Source: Camelus dromedarius
Lineage: Eukaryota
Direction: 5' to 3'
DNA length: 64,000 nt
Assembly: GCF_036321535.1 (NCBI RefSeq)
Contig: NC_087437.1
Coordinates: 48,362,001-48,426,000, forward strand
Part shown: one piece after another, positions 1 through 12,282 of the stretch
Layout of the letters: every line of letters begins with the position of its first letter
Position numbering within the stretch: the stretch's first letter is position 1
The notes under the pieces: generated by a model
The model's input: the letters and a program-made list of their open reading frames with translations, nothing else
Told to the model about the DNA's origin: nothing
The model's database searches: none
Made by a program: the position numbers and the translations under genes

Positions 1-289
1 GTTCTTGTACCATGAGCTCTATGGATTCTTTTATTGATTTTTCAGTTTGTTAAGGCATCTGTGGAAGATTTCTTTTTAGAACTTATACAATTAATATAAA
101 TTTGCAGTATCCATGAGACTGAAATTGATGTGGACTGAAGAGCCAGAATGCTATAAATTTCTGTTCCAAAAATCCATAAATGTTTATAGACAATGCTTTC
201 TGGAATGATAGGAATTGAAAGGAATGTGAATAACTGTATTAATATTAATCTTTATTTTCCAAACAATGACTTAAAAAATAAACTAATAC

Positions 290-450
290 ATAATGTTAGC
301 ATTCATTGACTGCTTACTTGGTTCTAGGCACTGTGATTATTGCTTTGCAGATATTTAATTCAATATTATATTTACTTTTTTACAAAAAACAATGAAGGAT
401 GACACTACTGAGATAAACGACCAGTGTCACGCAGCTAGTGAAGTGCCAGG
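290..450 (-). mobile_element. MIR SINE fragment
   Basis: Reverse of the MIR 3' end and core (cattcattgactgcttacttggttctaggcactgtg ... actgagataaacga ... gtcacgcagctagtgaagtg). Confidence 0.65.
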
Positions 451-1648
451 TATTAACTATTTTCACCACAGTATTTACAGATTATGAATTTAACCTGAGC
501 CATGTGGGTTTCGATTCTGTTTCATTCCACTTCTAACTTACAGATTGGTCTTCAGAAAGTCACTAACCCTATTCACATTCTGGGGTCTGTGCTTTGAAAC
601 TGAAGATGATTTTCTTACAACTCACCCACAGAGGACATAAGAAATATGACATAATCAGATGGCAAAGAAACCTATTTGTGTTGACAGCATCATCATCTAT
701 AAAAATTTCAAAAATAATTTTTATAATTTGGTATTTATCAACAAAATTAACCTTTTTTTTTTTTAAGATTAACATAAAATCAACGCAATTCTTCTATCCT
801 TTTTGGAAGCAGAAAATCCACTCCCTTCCCCCACCACCCCACCTTCAGAGAGATTTCTATTAACTGGTGTTTCCATGGGCACCAGTAGTTCTCATTTCCT
901 ATTCTAGCTGAACTCTAACTGATAACTTACTGTTATCTCATCCCAAGTGATTCTTCTTTTTGCTCTTATCTTACACAAAATGGGGAGGCACAAAGACTTT
1001 TCCTTGATTTCTCCAAAATAATGTCAATTTGTTAGACTTCTCTGAAGTTTTAAGGCAATGGAAGAGGGGAGTTACAGCACAAAATTACATAGAAAACATT
1101 TTAAAACAGAGTATTAGATAATCCTTTTCTTAAAACTCCTTCAGTGGACCTGTTAGCAGGAATTATACACCAACTCACTCTCTTCAGGCTCCAGACTTCT
1201 GTCATATAATTTGAACACTTCTGTCTGACTAATACCTCTGTTATTTTTCTCTTCCTCAGTGAAACCCCCCAAATTTGTGATAACTTTCTACCCTGAACAG
1301 TCTAGCTAATACTTTCATACATTTCCTTCCAAACTATAATCCTCTGTCCTCATCTTTCACACTAATAGGCAGTTTCCTTTTCAAAAACATTTGTCTCCAT
1401 AAGAGGAATTCAGATGCCATGCACTGACATACACTTTTTAAAAATCTCATTTCATATTAATGTAATAATACCTTGTTAATTTGCAGTGACTTGTTTGGTA
1501 ACCTTAATACAAACCAGAAAGTAAGCATATATGATTCCCAGGAAGCCAAAGTCACCACCTCAGGCAATTTATTTATAAAAGTAAAAGTGTACAAGAAGTA
1601 ACAGTAATGATCAAAACGATAAGAAAAACATTCGAAAAGTTTCTCTTA

Positions 1649-2762
1649 TAGCTACATGCAAATCAATGAAACTAGAACACTCCTTCATACCATACACAAA
1701 AACAAACTCCAAAAGGTTTAAAGATCTAAATATAAGATGTGACACCATAAAACTCCTGTAAGAGAACACAGGCAAAACATTTTAGGGCATAAATCACAGC
1801 AATATTTTCTTAGATCAGTTTCCCAAGGCCAAGGAAATAAAAAGCAAAAATAAACAGGACCTAATCAAACTTAAAAGCTTTTGCACAGCAAAGTAAACCA
1901 TGAACAAAATGAAAGACAACCTACAGAATGGGAGAAAATATTTGCAAATGATGCAACCAACAAGGAGTTAATATCTGAAATACACAAACAGCTCACATGA
2001 CTCAGTATCAAAAAACAACCTAATCAAAAAATGGTCAGAAGACCAAAATAGACATCTCTCCAAAGAAGACATCCAAATGGACAGCAGGCACATGAAAAGA
2101 TGCTCAACATCACTATTAGAAAAATGCAAATCAAAACCACAGTGAGGTATCACCTCACACCAGTCAGAATGACTATCATCAAAAAGTCTATGAGTAATAA
2201 ATGCTGGAGAGGGTGTGGAGAAAGGGAACACTCCTACACTGTTGGAGGGAATATAAATTGGTACAGCCACTATAGAGAACAGTATGGAGGTTACTTAAAA
2301 AACTAAAAATAGAGCTACCATATGATTCAACAATTCCACTCCTTGGCATATATCCAGAAAAAAGGAAAACTCTAATTCTAAAAGATACATGCACCCCAAT
2401 GTTCAGAAAATACTATTTATAAGAACCAAGACATGGAAACAACCTAAGTGCTCATCACTGGACAATTGGGTTAAGAAGATGTGGTAAATACATACAATGG
2501 AATACTACTCAGCCATAAAAAGAATGAAATACTGCTATTTGCAGCAACATGGATGGGCCTGGAGAATATCCTACTAAGTGAGGTATGTCAGACAAAGACA
2601 TATTATATGATATAACTTATATGTGAAATTTAAAAAATAATACAAGTGACCCTATATACAAAACAGAAACAGACTCACAGTAGAAAACAAACTTATAGTT
2701 ACAAAAGGGTAAAGGGAAGGTGGGAAGAATAAACTAGGAATATGGGATTAACAAATATAAAC
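1649..2762 (+). mobile_element. LINE-1 fragment: ORF2 C-terminus plus most of the 3'UTR; 5'-truncated and lacking the terminal 3'UTR and poly(A)
   Basis: ORF 2100-2306 ([16 protein letters not shown]...[10 protein letters not shown]) matches the L1 ORF2 cysteine-rich end. Followed by tggaatactactcagccataaaaagaatgaaat and aaacagaaacagactcacag. Confidence 0.95.
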
Positions 2763-4946
2763 ACCGCCAGCTAGAATCTGAAGTAAATTTTGTAAAAGAA
2801 AAAAAATCTGATGGAAATATTTACACATTTGACCATAACATTTTAATAAATGTAAATAAATAGATTAATGATTGACTTCTTACTTCATACAGCAAAACCT
2901 TCAAAAGGAGATGTCACTGATCTAGGCTTCACAGGATGAATAATACTGACTAAATTCAGAGCCACGGGAACTTCAGGTGGAGGAGGCACAAAAGCTAAGG
3001 CACAAATATGCCAATTAGTTTTTATTCCATAAGGAGGACACTAAGAGCACCATGAATGAGTACAATGGAATGAAAAGCTCAGGGGTCACTAATCCAGTCA
3101 AACAAGTGTTAGAACAGGTAAGTTAAGAGAAGTATTTCTTAGGAGTACTGGTAGAGTAGATTAAAAAGTCCTGAATTTTTTTCTTGTTTTTTTCTTTTTG
3201 AGGTGGGTAGGAGAGGTTTAGAGAAGAGGATTCAACATTAAGGCAAGTTATCAACGAAACTATGTACGTTTAACTTAAACAAATTTACAAGTCCAGTTGT
3301 GTGATATGACTGATACCATTGTCTAATACAAATGTCTGGCACACATTTTCCTCTATGAGTTTTTATCAATATTTATTATTTCCTTATTATATGCATGTTA
3401 CGTTACTTAAGGAGTAACCTCAAATACCTGGAACATCTAAACTTTGTATACAAGGAAATAAATAATATACTTGAGCAGCCTAGTGCCCATTCCAAGAAAG
3501 AATACACTCACCATGTCCCCCCAAAATCTCAGGCTATTTTTCCATTCTCCTTCAATCAAAGATCTTGTCCAACCATAGACTTCTAAGGTAGAACCACTCC
3601 AGGGAATTTTATCTTTAGCAACTCACCTGGACAACTAGTGCTCTGTCCATGCCCCATACTTTAATATAATATGCTAATGTTTGAATACTGAAGTTTTCCA
3701 AATACTAAATTTCTAATCATTTTCTATGAATCACCTAGCCACAAGTACACACCATCATTAGCAATCCATTATGTTTAATTTAGACCTCATCAGTGCCTTC
3801 CTTTCTTGCAAGAATTCAAATGCTGTACTTCCTGGGCTTAACCTCTATCTCAAACTGTCAAGAAGATAACCATCTCTTTGACTGGCAATTTTTTTTTCAC
3901 TATGTTTGACACACTTTTTTCTATTGATTTATTCTTCCTAGGAATTGTATGTGATGATCAAAATACTTAAAATATGACTTTCCAGTTTTGCCTTCAAGGA
4001 GATGGTGTAGGTTGTATTCAAAAATGTATTTTTAAAAATCCTTATAAGACAGTGTTATGAACTTTGTACAAGAAAAAGGTATAAAGGATTTAGCAAATTG
4101 GCTCTTGATCCCATAATGAAACTTCAAAAATAAAATTGAAAGTAGATAATAAAACAATCTTTAAAAACTCACAGAAACAAAAACAACTGAGCAAGGAATA
4201 GGAAAAAACAGAAATCTGATGACCAGCAAAGGTTTCCATAGTGAGCTCAGAAAAATTAAGGACCAATTTGCTGAATTAAATAAAACCTTTAGGGCAATTA
4301 AATGTTTTCCAGGGGGATTGCCCTAACCATCACTCTCCTCTTTCCTCCCTCTTTCTTAGCCTGGAAAGAAACAGTAGTGGAAATTCTGCAGAGATTCTGA
4401 TACATTGTGAAAATTGCCTCATCAGCTTTCTAGAAGCTATAGAGTCCCAATTACCACCATATTTTAATAGGATTTGGAATCCGCTTGATGCAAATTTTGT
4501 CTAGATGCCATTTGTGGCAAAATAAACTGGACAACTTTCTGTCTTCATGAAATGTACGTTTAAGTTTTTATACCAGAAAAATGTATCCTATACCAGATTC
4601 TTTGCTAGAACATTTTGCATTTTCCTCCAACCCTACAATGTTCCTTCCCCTCCAACCATAACCCCTACCCCTGTGCTACAGTCTCCTTTTAACTCCCAGA
4701 ACAGCTGCACCAATGAGGCTATTCATGGAGGAAGTACACAAGCTACTTCTGAACAACCATTTTGTAGGCTGACTTTTCTCCTCAAGTTTGGCTCTCCTCA
4801 ACCTAGGCCCAGAGCACCCACCAGAGCAGACATATCCTATACCTTTAGATGAGAGAGATCAATGAACTCTAAGATTGAAATTGAGATGGAAAATCAAACC
4901 CCTTACTCTTTTTTACAGAACTAGATAAAATTGTGTGCCTGCTTAC

Positions 4947-5126
4947 CTGATGGCAGTAAGCTTGCTCTCCATGCCAGTGAAATTAATCTTGAAGCTGATA
5001 TGAACTGCACTTGACTTCAGAATAGCAGCTCCTTCTGCTATCATCTGATAGCACCACCCCTTGGGAGTCTTCTGGCTTTGTGCTGTGGACACTTCCTTCA
5101 AAAAGGGTTGATTGGATAGTCTGACC
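4947..5126 (-). other. Candidate spliced exon (180 bp), one frame open throughout
   Basis: Minus-strand donor CAG|GTAAGC at 4947/4946 and weak acceptor acccaaacttcacag|G at 5127/5126. One frame is stop-free: VRLSNQPFLKEVSTAQSQKTPKGWCYQMIAEGAAILKSSAVHISFKINFTGMESKLTAI. Protein not recognised. Confidence 0.2.
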
Positions 5127-5352
5127 CTGTGAAGTTTGGGTAAATCTAATTATATTTTTCTCATATAAGTTGCATGCATGTGAAACTGAAATTGGACATG
5201 ATTAAGGGGAGTCTTTTCTGCCCATTTACCAGGTGCAGATCTCTTAGGAAGATGGCATCTACATTGTAAGTCATTTTGGAAGCTTAAGTAAGTTCTGGGT
5301 GAACATGAAGGTTGGATAAGTCAACCAGAATTTCAGAATTGGCCAGACTTAC

Positions 5353-5408
5353 TTTGGAGTTAGGACTTGCAGCTGGCAACTGGGCAGTGATTCAGGAGGT
5401 AGCTGATG
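5353..5408 (-). other. Candidate spliced exon (56 bp)
   Basis: Minus-strand acceptor with a long pyrimidine tract (ttttctttcttttttttttcttttag|CATC) and donor AAA|GTAAGT. One open frame, HQLPPESLPSCQLQVLTP. Confidence 0.25.
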
Positions 5409-5973
5409 CTAAAAGAAAAAAAAAAGAAAGAAAATATGGGACTTACATGCTTATAATCAGCTGCTAACCTCCTTAAAAACACCCCTAATTTCCCTTGTAG
5501 TGGTTTATTTTTCCATCCAAATGGTTTCTGGATGTTAATTTTAATCTGATTTCACCAGGACATCAACGTGGGGAGAATAAAGGACAAGGCAGGTGAGCAG
5601 CAGAGAAATTTTTATCTGAGCCCCAGTCGTTCATTTATGCCTGTGGCTGAAAACACCTGAAAAAATCAAAGTGATTGGAAATAGCAGAGAAGCTAGACTG
5701 CTCAAGTCTACAGGCAGTTATTAGAGGAAGGAGAAACTCAGAAACTAATGTGTAACCTGAGGAGAAGTTGGTAGGAGACGGGAGGAGATGTGAAGGAACA
5801 TGAAGAAAGAACAGGAGAGATGGGGAAAAGGTGTGAACTTCATTAGTTGATTAGAACTAGGTCATCAGCTGAAGCTCAGTTCTGCTGTTAGAAGAGGAGC
5901 CCAATGTCTCAGTAACTCACAATGGTAACATTTCTTTCTCTCTCATGCTACACGTCTATCACAGGTCCATGGC

Positions 5974-6969
5974 TGTAACTGCAGAACCAGCCCAAACTGG
6001 CCCCATCTTGTTTCTAACAAGATACTGAGTTATTTTCAGAGACAGAACAACAAAACCACAAGTCATGCAGCTGAAGCAGGCAAAGAGAAGATTTTGACCT
6101 CAAACAATATATGGAACCAAAGATTCTCCCCCGGAGATGACTGGAACGTGAATGTTGAAACTGGAACCTGAATGTTGAAGCCTTTTCAGATGCGGAGGGC
6201 CCGAGCTGAAGCCCCTTTACCGTACCTTACCGTAAATGGACAAGTTCCCAAGTCCTGCCGTCACTTCCACAGACCAGCTCTCCTCCCCTAACTCATAAAA
6301 GTTTGACAGAAACCCAGTTTGACAGAACTGAGCCGTGCCTCCTGTCTTCTTGCTGGTCGACCTCACAATAAAGCTTTCTCTTTTCTCAAAAGCTGAGGCC
6401 ACAGCATTGGGGTCTGTGCACGTCAGGCAGCAAGCCCTTCACCTGGTGTAATGAGATGGGAGGGAAAGGGGCAGGGCACAACCACTAGATAAATGAAGAG
6501 GGGCTGCAGCTGTGAGCATGTGAATAAAAACTGGCTGGAACTGGCTGAAACCAAGGTGGCTTAGAGAATAGTCAGATCACTGACCTTTAGCTCATTATAC
6601 CCTCATTGTAACACTAAAAATCATTCCCCCTTATACCATGACAGTTCCAGGGCGGCCCATAAAAGGCCAAAAAGTGATCGGTGGTCCAATTCCTAGGAAA
6701 TCCCTCCTTTCCTCCCCAAAACAGCAAGAATATTCCTCCCACTCTTAGCTTATGAAATTACTCAGCCCATAAAAACCAACCACCCCATGACCTAGGGCCG
6801 CTTTCACTTTGAGACTGTCTGCATTCTGCCTATGGAGTGTGCATCTCTCTAAATAAACTTGCCTTCGCTTTTCTTGGGCTTGCTCTTGAATTCTTTCCTG
6901 AGAAAAGTCCAACCTAAAGACACCTGCGGGTCCCAGGGCGGGACATTGCCTTCAGCTGCAACAGTAACA
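5974..6969 (+). mobile_element. ERV1-class solo LTR (outer), interrupted just before its 3' end
   Basis: Begins TGTAAC, has a TATA-like cataaaa and poly(A) signal aataaagctttctcttttctc. Its 3' end (ggtgtaa..ca) is split by a second LTR. Confidence 0.8.
6452..6963 (+). mobile_element. ERV1-class solo LTR (inner)
   Basis: TGAGATGGG...CTGCAACA termini, aataaacttgcc poly(A) signal, 4-bp TSD GTAA at 6448-6451 and 6964-6967. Confidence 0.85.
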
Positions 6970-7264
6970 CTGGGACGGGGCAGCTGATTGTCTTCACTTA
7001 GGGTTTGGACTGATGGACTGAGAGGCCTTAATGGAGGTTTCAGAGGGAAAACAGCATGACAAAATCACAAGACAGAAGCTCACAGGGACATACTTCATCT
7101 CTACTCACATTTCACTTGTCAAAGCAAGTGATATGGCCAAGTCTGACGTCAGTCGGGTGGGAATGTGTACTTTGAAAATATGTAATTATCAATTACATGT
7201 ATTATAGCTAAAATTCTTCACAAGCAAAGATAGATGTCATTTCTCCCTTCTTGAGGGGAGGGTA

Positions 7265-7565
7265 TTTTGTAGAATGTCCTTCAGTTTAGGTTTTTCTGAT
7301 GTTTCTCTAATAATTAGACGGGGGTTATGGGGTTGTGGGGAGGAAGCCTGCATAGGAAAACTGCGATTCTCATCACATGGTATCAAGAGTAGGTCCTGTC
7401 AACATGACGTGTCACTGTTGACGTTAACCTCGAGGGAGGGCTTGGATTCCTCCACTTTAAAGTTGTTTGTTTTCCCTCTTTTTGGTACTGTACTCTTTGC
7501 AAAGAAGTCGTTGTGCACAGCCCACGCTTGAGGAGTGGGGAGTCATGTTCCACCTCCTGAGGGCA
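7265..7565 (-). mobile_element. L1MC-type 3'UTR fragment
   Basis: gtagaatgtccttcagtttaggtttttctgatgtttc...ggggttatgggg and cagcccacgcttgaggagtggggagt match old L1MC 3' ends in reverse. Confidence 0.8.
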
Positions 7566-7569
7566 TTTC

Positions 7570-7700
7570 ACTCCTTTCACAGGTGAGGAATCTGAGGTGT
7601 AAACAGTTTAAGCCCAAGTTAACATAGTTAATTAAATGGCATCAAGATTGAAACCCATCTCTGTCTGACTTATAAAACTATTCTTTTTTCAGTGCTACAC
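7570..7700 (-). mobile_element. MIR fragment
   Basis: ttcacaggtgaggaatctgagg ... gattgaaacccatctctgtctgact. Confidence 0.7.
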
Positions 7701-9214
7701 AAAAAGAAGCATAAGATAGGGAAATGGCTAGAAAATAAGAGGATATATCTATGAGTTTGTTTTAATAAGTCACGTTGAGAGGCACGGCCTCTTGATAATA
7801 GAGACATTCAGGTAGTGATTCCTCCACTTGCTACTTACTAACATTGGGACTGAAGAGTCATGCTCCCTGATGTTTATAACACTATCCAACTACTGTCCTA
7901 ACATGACCTATTAATCTGTCCTTCTACAAATATATCCCGGCTCCATTCTAATCACTAAACCATTTTTCAAAAAGGAAATCAAGTTCTTGAAGTATTGTGA
8001 GGAAGAGTAGGGGATGAAAATGATTTTAATCCATACTTCTTATGGTTTCTGAGCAGTGTGGGTTTTTTTTTTTTATTTGAAGAGAGCTGTAACTCCAGAT
8101 CTGCCTAATAAAGAGAAGTCATGTTTCTGTCACAGAAATAGCTTTTGTACAAATGGGAAACTGTCACTAAGGCTGAGAAGCAGAGGAACAGGATGGTCTG
8201 TGTCTGGTGGGCGAAAATTGTGTGAGGTTTTTCCTTCTTACTGTGGTGATATAATTCATTGTTGACATTTTAAAGTATGTGTCAGTTCCCATATCTAGTT
8301 TTCTTTTGAAGTGTCACTGACAATGCAATTGAAAGACAGAAATGACCATATAACAGTGTTGAGTTGGGTTTTCTAAACTAGGATCAAATCTCTCCTGTGA
8401 CAAAAATTTAATTTGCAGAGAATGTATAAAGATAAAATAGTTTGTGGACATTCTATATATATCACATGAAGAAAAGTCTTTATCCATTTTTATAAGCTGA
8501 ATAGACTGCGAAACGTCTGAATCACATGTGCATCCCATATGATTAATTGTAATCATATGATACCCTTGAATCTGATTAGTTTAAATACTCTCATGAGTGG
8601 TGATTTCTAAGTAGCCTGAGCTCTTGGCTGGCAGTTAGGAAGTCGAGTTATTCACCTCTATTTCTCATACTATAGAGACATATTTTCATAAATAATTTTC
8701 TCCTTTAATTGCTGAGATTATCTGGACTTTCTGAGGCTGTTATGCGAATCCTACACAAGGATTGAGCTTTTAGTGCCAAAACTGTTTTGTTTACCATTGT
8801 GTCTCAGCACTTATTACATTCAGGACTAAGTGAGATTTGTTAAGTGAATATTGAATAAATGTTTTCGAGAGAGAAGCATTGTGTAAATTTAAAATAGTCA
8901 TAAAATACACAACTACTTCTAAAATGAAAGACCATGTCTAAAGTCTAAGATCATTAATTTCCTTCAGCTCAGGATAAAGCTTTTTCTTATAAGACCAACT
9001 ATAATGAAATCTGTATCATGTAACTTGTGTGATAGCACATTTTCTTACCAGTTTTCTGATCAAAGGCAAGGGCCCCAAAGATGGATATTGATGACTGACT
9101 TCTGTACTATGCCTCAGGAAGTCACTAACAGTTTTTTAACCAGTAGGCTGTTATTCATATGAACAGAACCTAATTTTTCTTTTAATAAGAAAAATACATA
9201 AAATTATATTTTCT

Positions 9215-9500
9215 TTATACTAAATGACAAAATTGATTGAAAATTAATGCTGATGAGAGTATGCTGAAAAAGTTACTCTCTACTGCTAGTGTGATGGTAT
9301 TTTGATACAATTTTTCTAGAAAATAATTTGAAGACATATATGAAGGGGCTTAAAGAGCTCACAGTCCCCTTTTTTAAAAAAGAAAATGAGTTCTAGTTCT
9401 AGATGTTTATCTAAAATAAATCATCAGAGATTTTGATAGAGATGAATATTTGAGGATATAAGGATGTTTGTTACATAATAATACTGATCATGAACAAGTG
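9215..9500 (+). mobile_element. Old L1ME-type 3' fragment
   Basis: aatgctgatgagagtatgctgaaaaagttactctctactgctagtg...tacaatttttctagaaaataatttg is a degenerate L1 ORF2 end. Confidence 0.55.
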
Positions 9501-10512
9501 TCTTAATTGAATTGTGCTCTAAGTTTTTAGGTAATGTTTCTTTTTAATTCAGTGTTAATTTAGAGAGTCAAATTGTTGTAGAAGGCTTAATACAGAAAAA
9601 AAGCAGAACTCTGATTACCTCTTTCCAACTCTGATCCCTAGAGGTAGCCACTTTCGGTTCTTTTAACTGATTCTTAGGATATTTGCTTCTATACTTCCAT
9701 GATCCTAAAAACAAACAAACAGAAGAAACAAGCAAACAAGCTTAATTTTTATCCTTTAGTATTACCCATTGACTTCCTGCTGTGGAAAATTATAATTTTT
9801 CTTTCACTGCCCCTATCCCCAGCTTATACACACCTTTACTCTTTCCGCTTTCTTCCCAGCAGAGTTTTATCGTAACTTTGGTTACATCACTACAGTGTAT
9901 ACAGTATTATGATTATACAAACACAAGACCTGGCTGAGTCATATTGGGTACTGTTATTACTTTTCCTTTTCTGAAAAAGTTTTGGTTTTCCTTACTTGTT
10001 TTTTTTTTCCTTGTTAGGTGAAGCTACTGATGTCTATTCTCAGCTTCCTTTGCATTTGTAGTTCTTTTATTCACTTTCCCAGTTGTACAAATCTTCTTTC
10101 AGTACATACATACTTCAAGCATCAATGTCATCCTCCTAAAGAAAGTCTCCCACGAGCTTTCGACTTCCCACATCCAGATGGCTGAAGCTTAGCTTTTGTT
10201 TTTTGGGTCTCCTTTCACCAACATCCTAGGGCTTCTCTTTCCAGCTTTTGCATGGAATTTCCTTTTTCCTAGATTCCATGTCTTCCCTTCTTAATTTTCT
10301 TGTTTGGTTTCGCAGAACACAGATTCATGAGAACTGGACATAGGAGGTAAAATTTTTGAGACTGTGCAGTCTGAAAATTTAAAAATTTTACTTTCATGCT
10401 TAACTAATAGTTGGCTGGGAATAAAACACTAGATTAGAAAAGATGTACCCTCAGAACTATGAAGGCTTTGCTCTATTGTTTTCTAGTTTCAAGAGTTGCT
10501 AATAAGAGGCTC

Positions 10513-10775
10513 AGTAACAAAGGCTAACATTTTCTCAGCACTGACCATGTGCCAGTCACGATTCTGTATGTATTTATGTTTATTATCTCATGTAATTCTC
10601 ACAGTAAACCTGTGAGGTAGGTGCTACATTTAACTTCCTTTTTACAGATATGGAAACTGAGACTCAGGGTTACAGTGAATTTCCCAGAGTTACAGGTCTA
10701 GTGAGTATAGAGTCTGCGATTCGAATTCAGCTGAGCTGGATGGCAAGCTCAGGCTCTTAGCCTTCATGCCTTACT
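10513..10775 (-). mobile_element. MIR, near full length, inserted in HAL1
   Basis: aacattttctcagcactgaccatgtgccag ... tttacagatatggaaactgagactcag ... gattcgaattcag. Confidence 0.85.
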
Positions 10776-11963
10776 GACAAATTGATTAGTGATGTTTTCA
10801 ACAAAACCATGAACTTTAATCTGAATACTTTTGTTATTCTTCTTCTTATTTTGAATTCAGTATCCTGACATTTCCCAATGCTGTGCCTTGTGGTGGGTCT
10901 TTTCTCATTCATTACCATGAACACACAGCGAGCCATTTCAGTCTGGAAACGCTGTGCTTCAGCTCTGGAGAAGGTTCTCGAGTTACTTCTGTATAGGTTT
11001 CCTCCCTTCCATTTTCTCTGTTCTCTGTTTCTAGATTTCGTGGACCGGTCCCACTCACTTTCCTATTCTCTGTTCTGTCTTCCATAGCTTTACCTTTTGC
11101 TTTATATAAGCTTTATACAAGCTTTCCTCAGCTTTATCTTCCAAAGTTTCTACTGAATTTGTTATTTCTGCTGTTATGTTTTAACATCCAAGAGTGCTTC
11201 TTTGTGTCTTCTGAATGTACTTCTTTAAAACACTCTGGGTTTTTTCCCCCATAGGTTTATCATCTCATGAACCTCTCTCATATATTCATATTCACATTAA
11301 TCAGAATATTTTGATTTTTTAAAAATTTATCCAAGTTGCCCTTTTTATTTTTGCTTGTATTTTATCTGTGTTATCTGGTGGCCATAGGCTATTTGTATTA
11401 GACTGGAGACTTTGCACAGGTGGGTGGAGCTTGCTGACTGGGCATATGTGTAGTGAAATGGCTGGGCTGTTTCATTAGGGAATTCTTGATGTTTGGGTTA
11501 GTCTCATTGCTAAGAGATTAGTGTTCCAGTCTCCAGCCTGAATGGGAAGAGTCTGGCTGACGGCATTTTGGAAGAGAGCCTCCATGTACATGTGTACCCA
11601 GTTCCTGTGCTTTTGACACAGCACCCATATCCTTAAATGCCCTGGTAGCTCCCCTTTGAGGGACCCTCTGTTTTACTCTTTCCCTGGACTAAACCTCCAG
11701 TATCTTCCCGGAAGTGGGGAGGGAAGTGGGGAGACAAGAAGCAGGTACTTGCACGTGTCGGGCAGGGTTCTAGATCTAGGGCTTCAGCACTATCAACCAT
11801 TTCTCCAGTTTTCAGCCCCATCTTCTCTTGTACTTCTTGGTGTCTCTCTTGAGTTCTGATATTATTTACATAAGGCAAAATGAATTGCTTTTCAAATTTT
11901 CTCACTGCCAGTTTAGGATTCAGTTTCTTGGATTTATTCCATTAATTAAATTTGTCCAATTGC

Positions 11964-12282
11964 TTTGTTTTTAATTTATTTTTTTATTGAAGTATAGTTG
12001 ATTTACAATGTTGTGTTAGTTTCTGGTGTACAGCATAGTGATTCAGTTATACACACACATATATATATTCCTTTTCATATTCTTTTCCATTATAGGCTAT
12101 TATAAGATATTGAATATAGTTCCCTGTGTTATACAATGGGACCTTGTTGTTTAGCTATTTTATATAGAGTAGTTAGTATCTACAAATCTCAAACTTCCAA
12201 TTTATCCCTTCCCACCCCTTTTCCCCCTGTGGTAACAATAAATTTGTTTTCTATGTCTGTGAGTTTGTCTCTGTTTTGTAAA
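11964..12282 (-). mobile_element. Young L1 3'UTR terminal fragment (about 320 bp)
   Basis: ttttattgaagtatagttgatttacaatgttgtgttagtttctggtgtacagcatagtgattcag ... tgtctgtgagtttgtctctgttttgta; same family as 29710-30040 and 41496-41807. Confidence 0.9.

Larger units (their letters stand above)
5860..7170 (-). mobile_element. Old MaLR LTR (MLT1-type), split into about 5860-5973 and 6970-7170 by nested ERV1 LTRs
   Basis: MLT1-like motifs atttctttctctctcatgctacacgtc and ctactcacatttcacttgtcaaagcaagtgatatggccaagtctgacgtc on either side of the insertion. Confidence 0.7.

Noticed and set aside
3030..3630. Isolated consensus splice donors (CAG|GTAAGT at about 3117 on +; GTGAGT at about 3510 and 3626 on -)
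   Set aside because: No convincing paired acceptor or open frame; such motifs are expected by chance in 64 kb.
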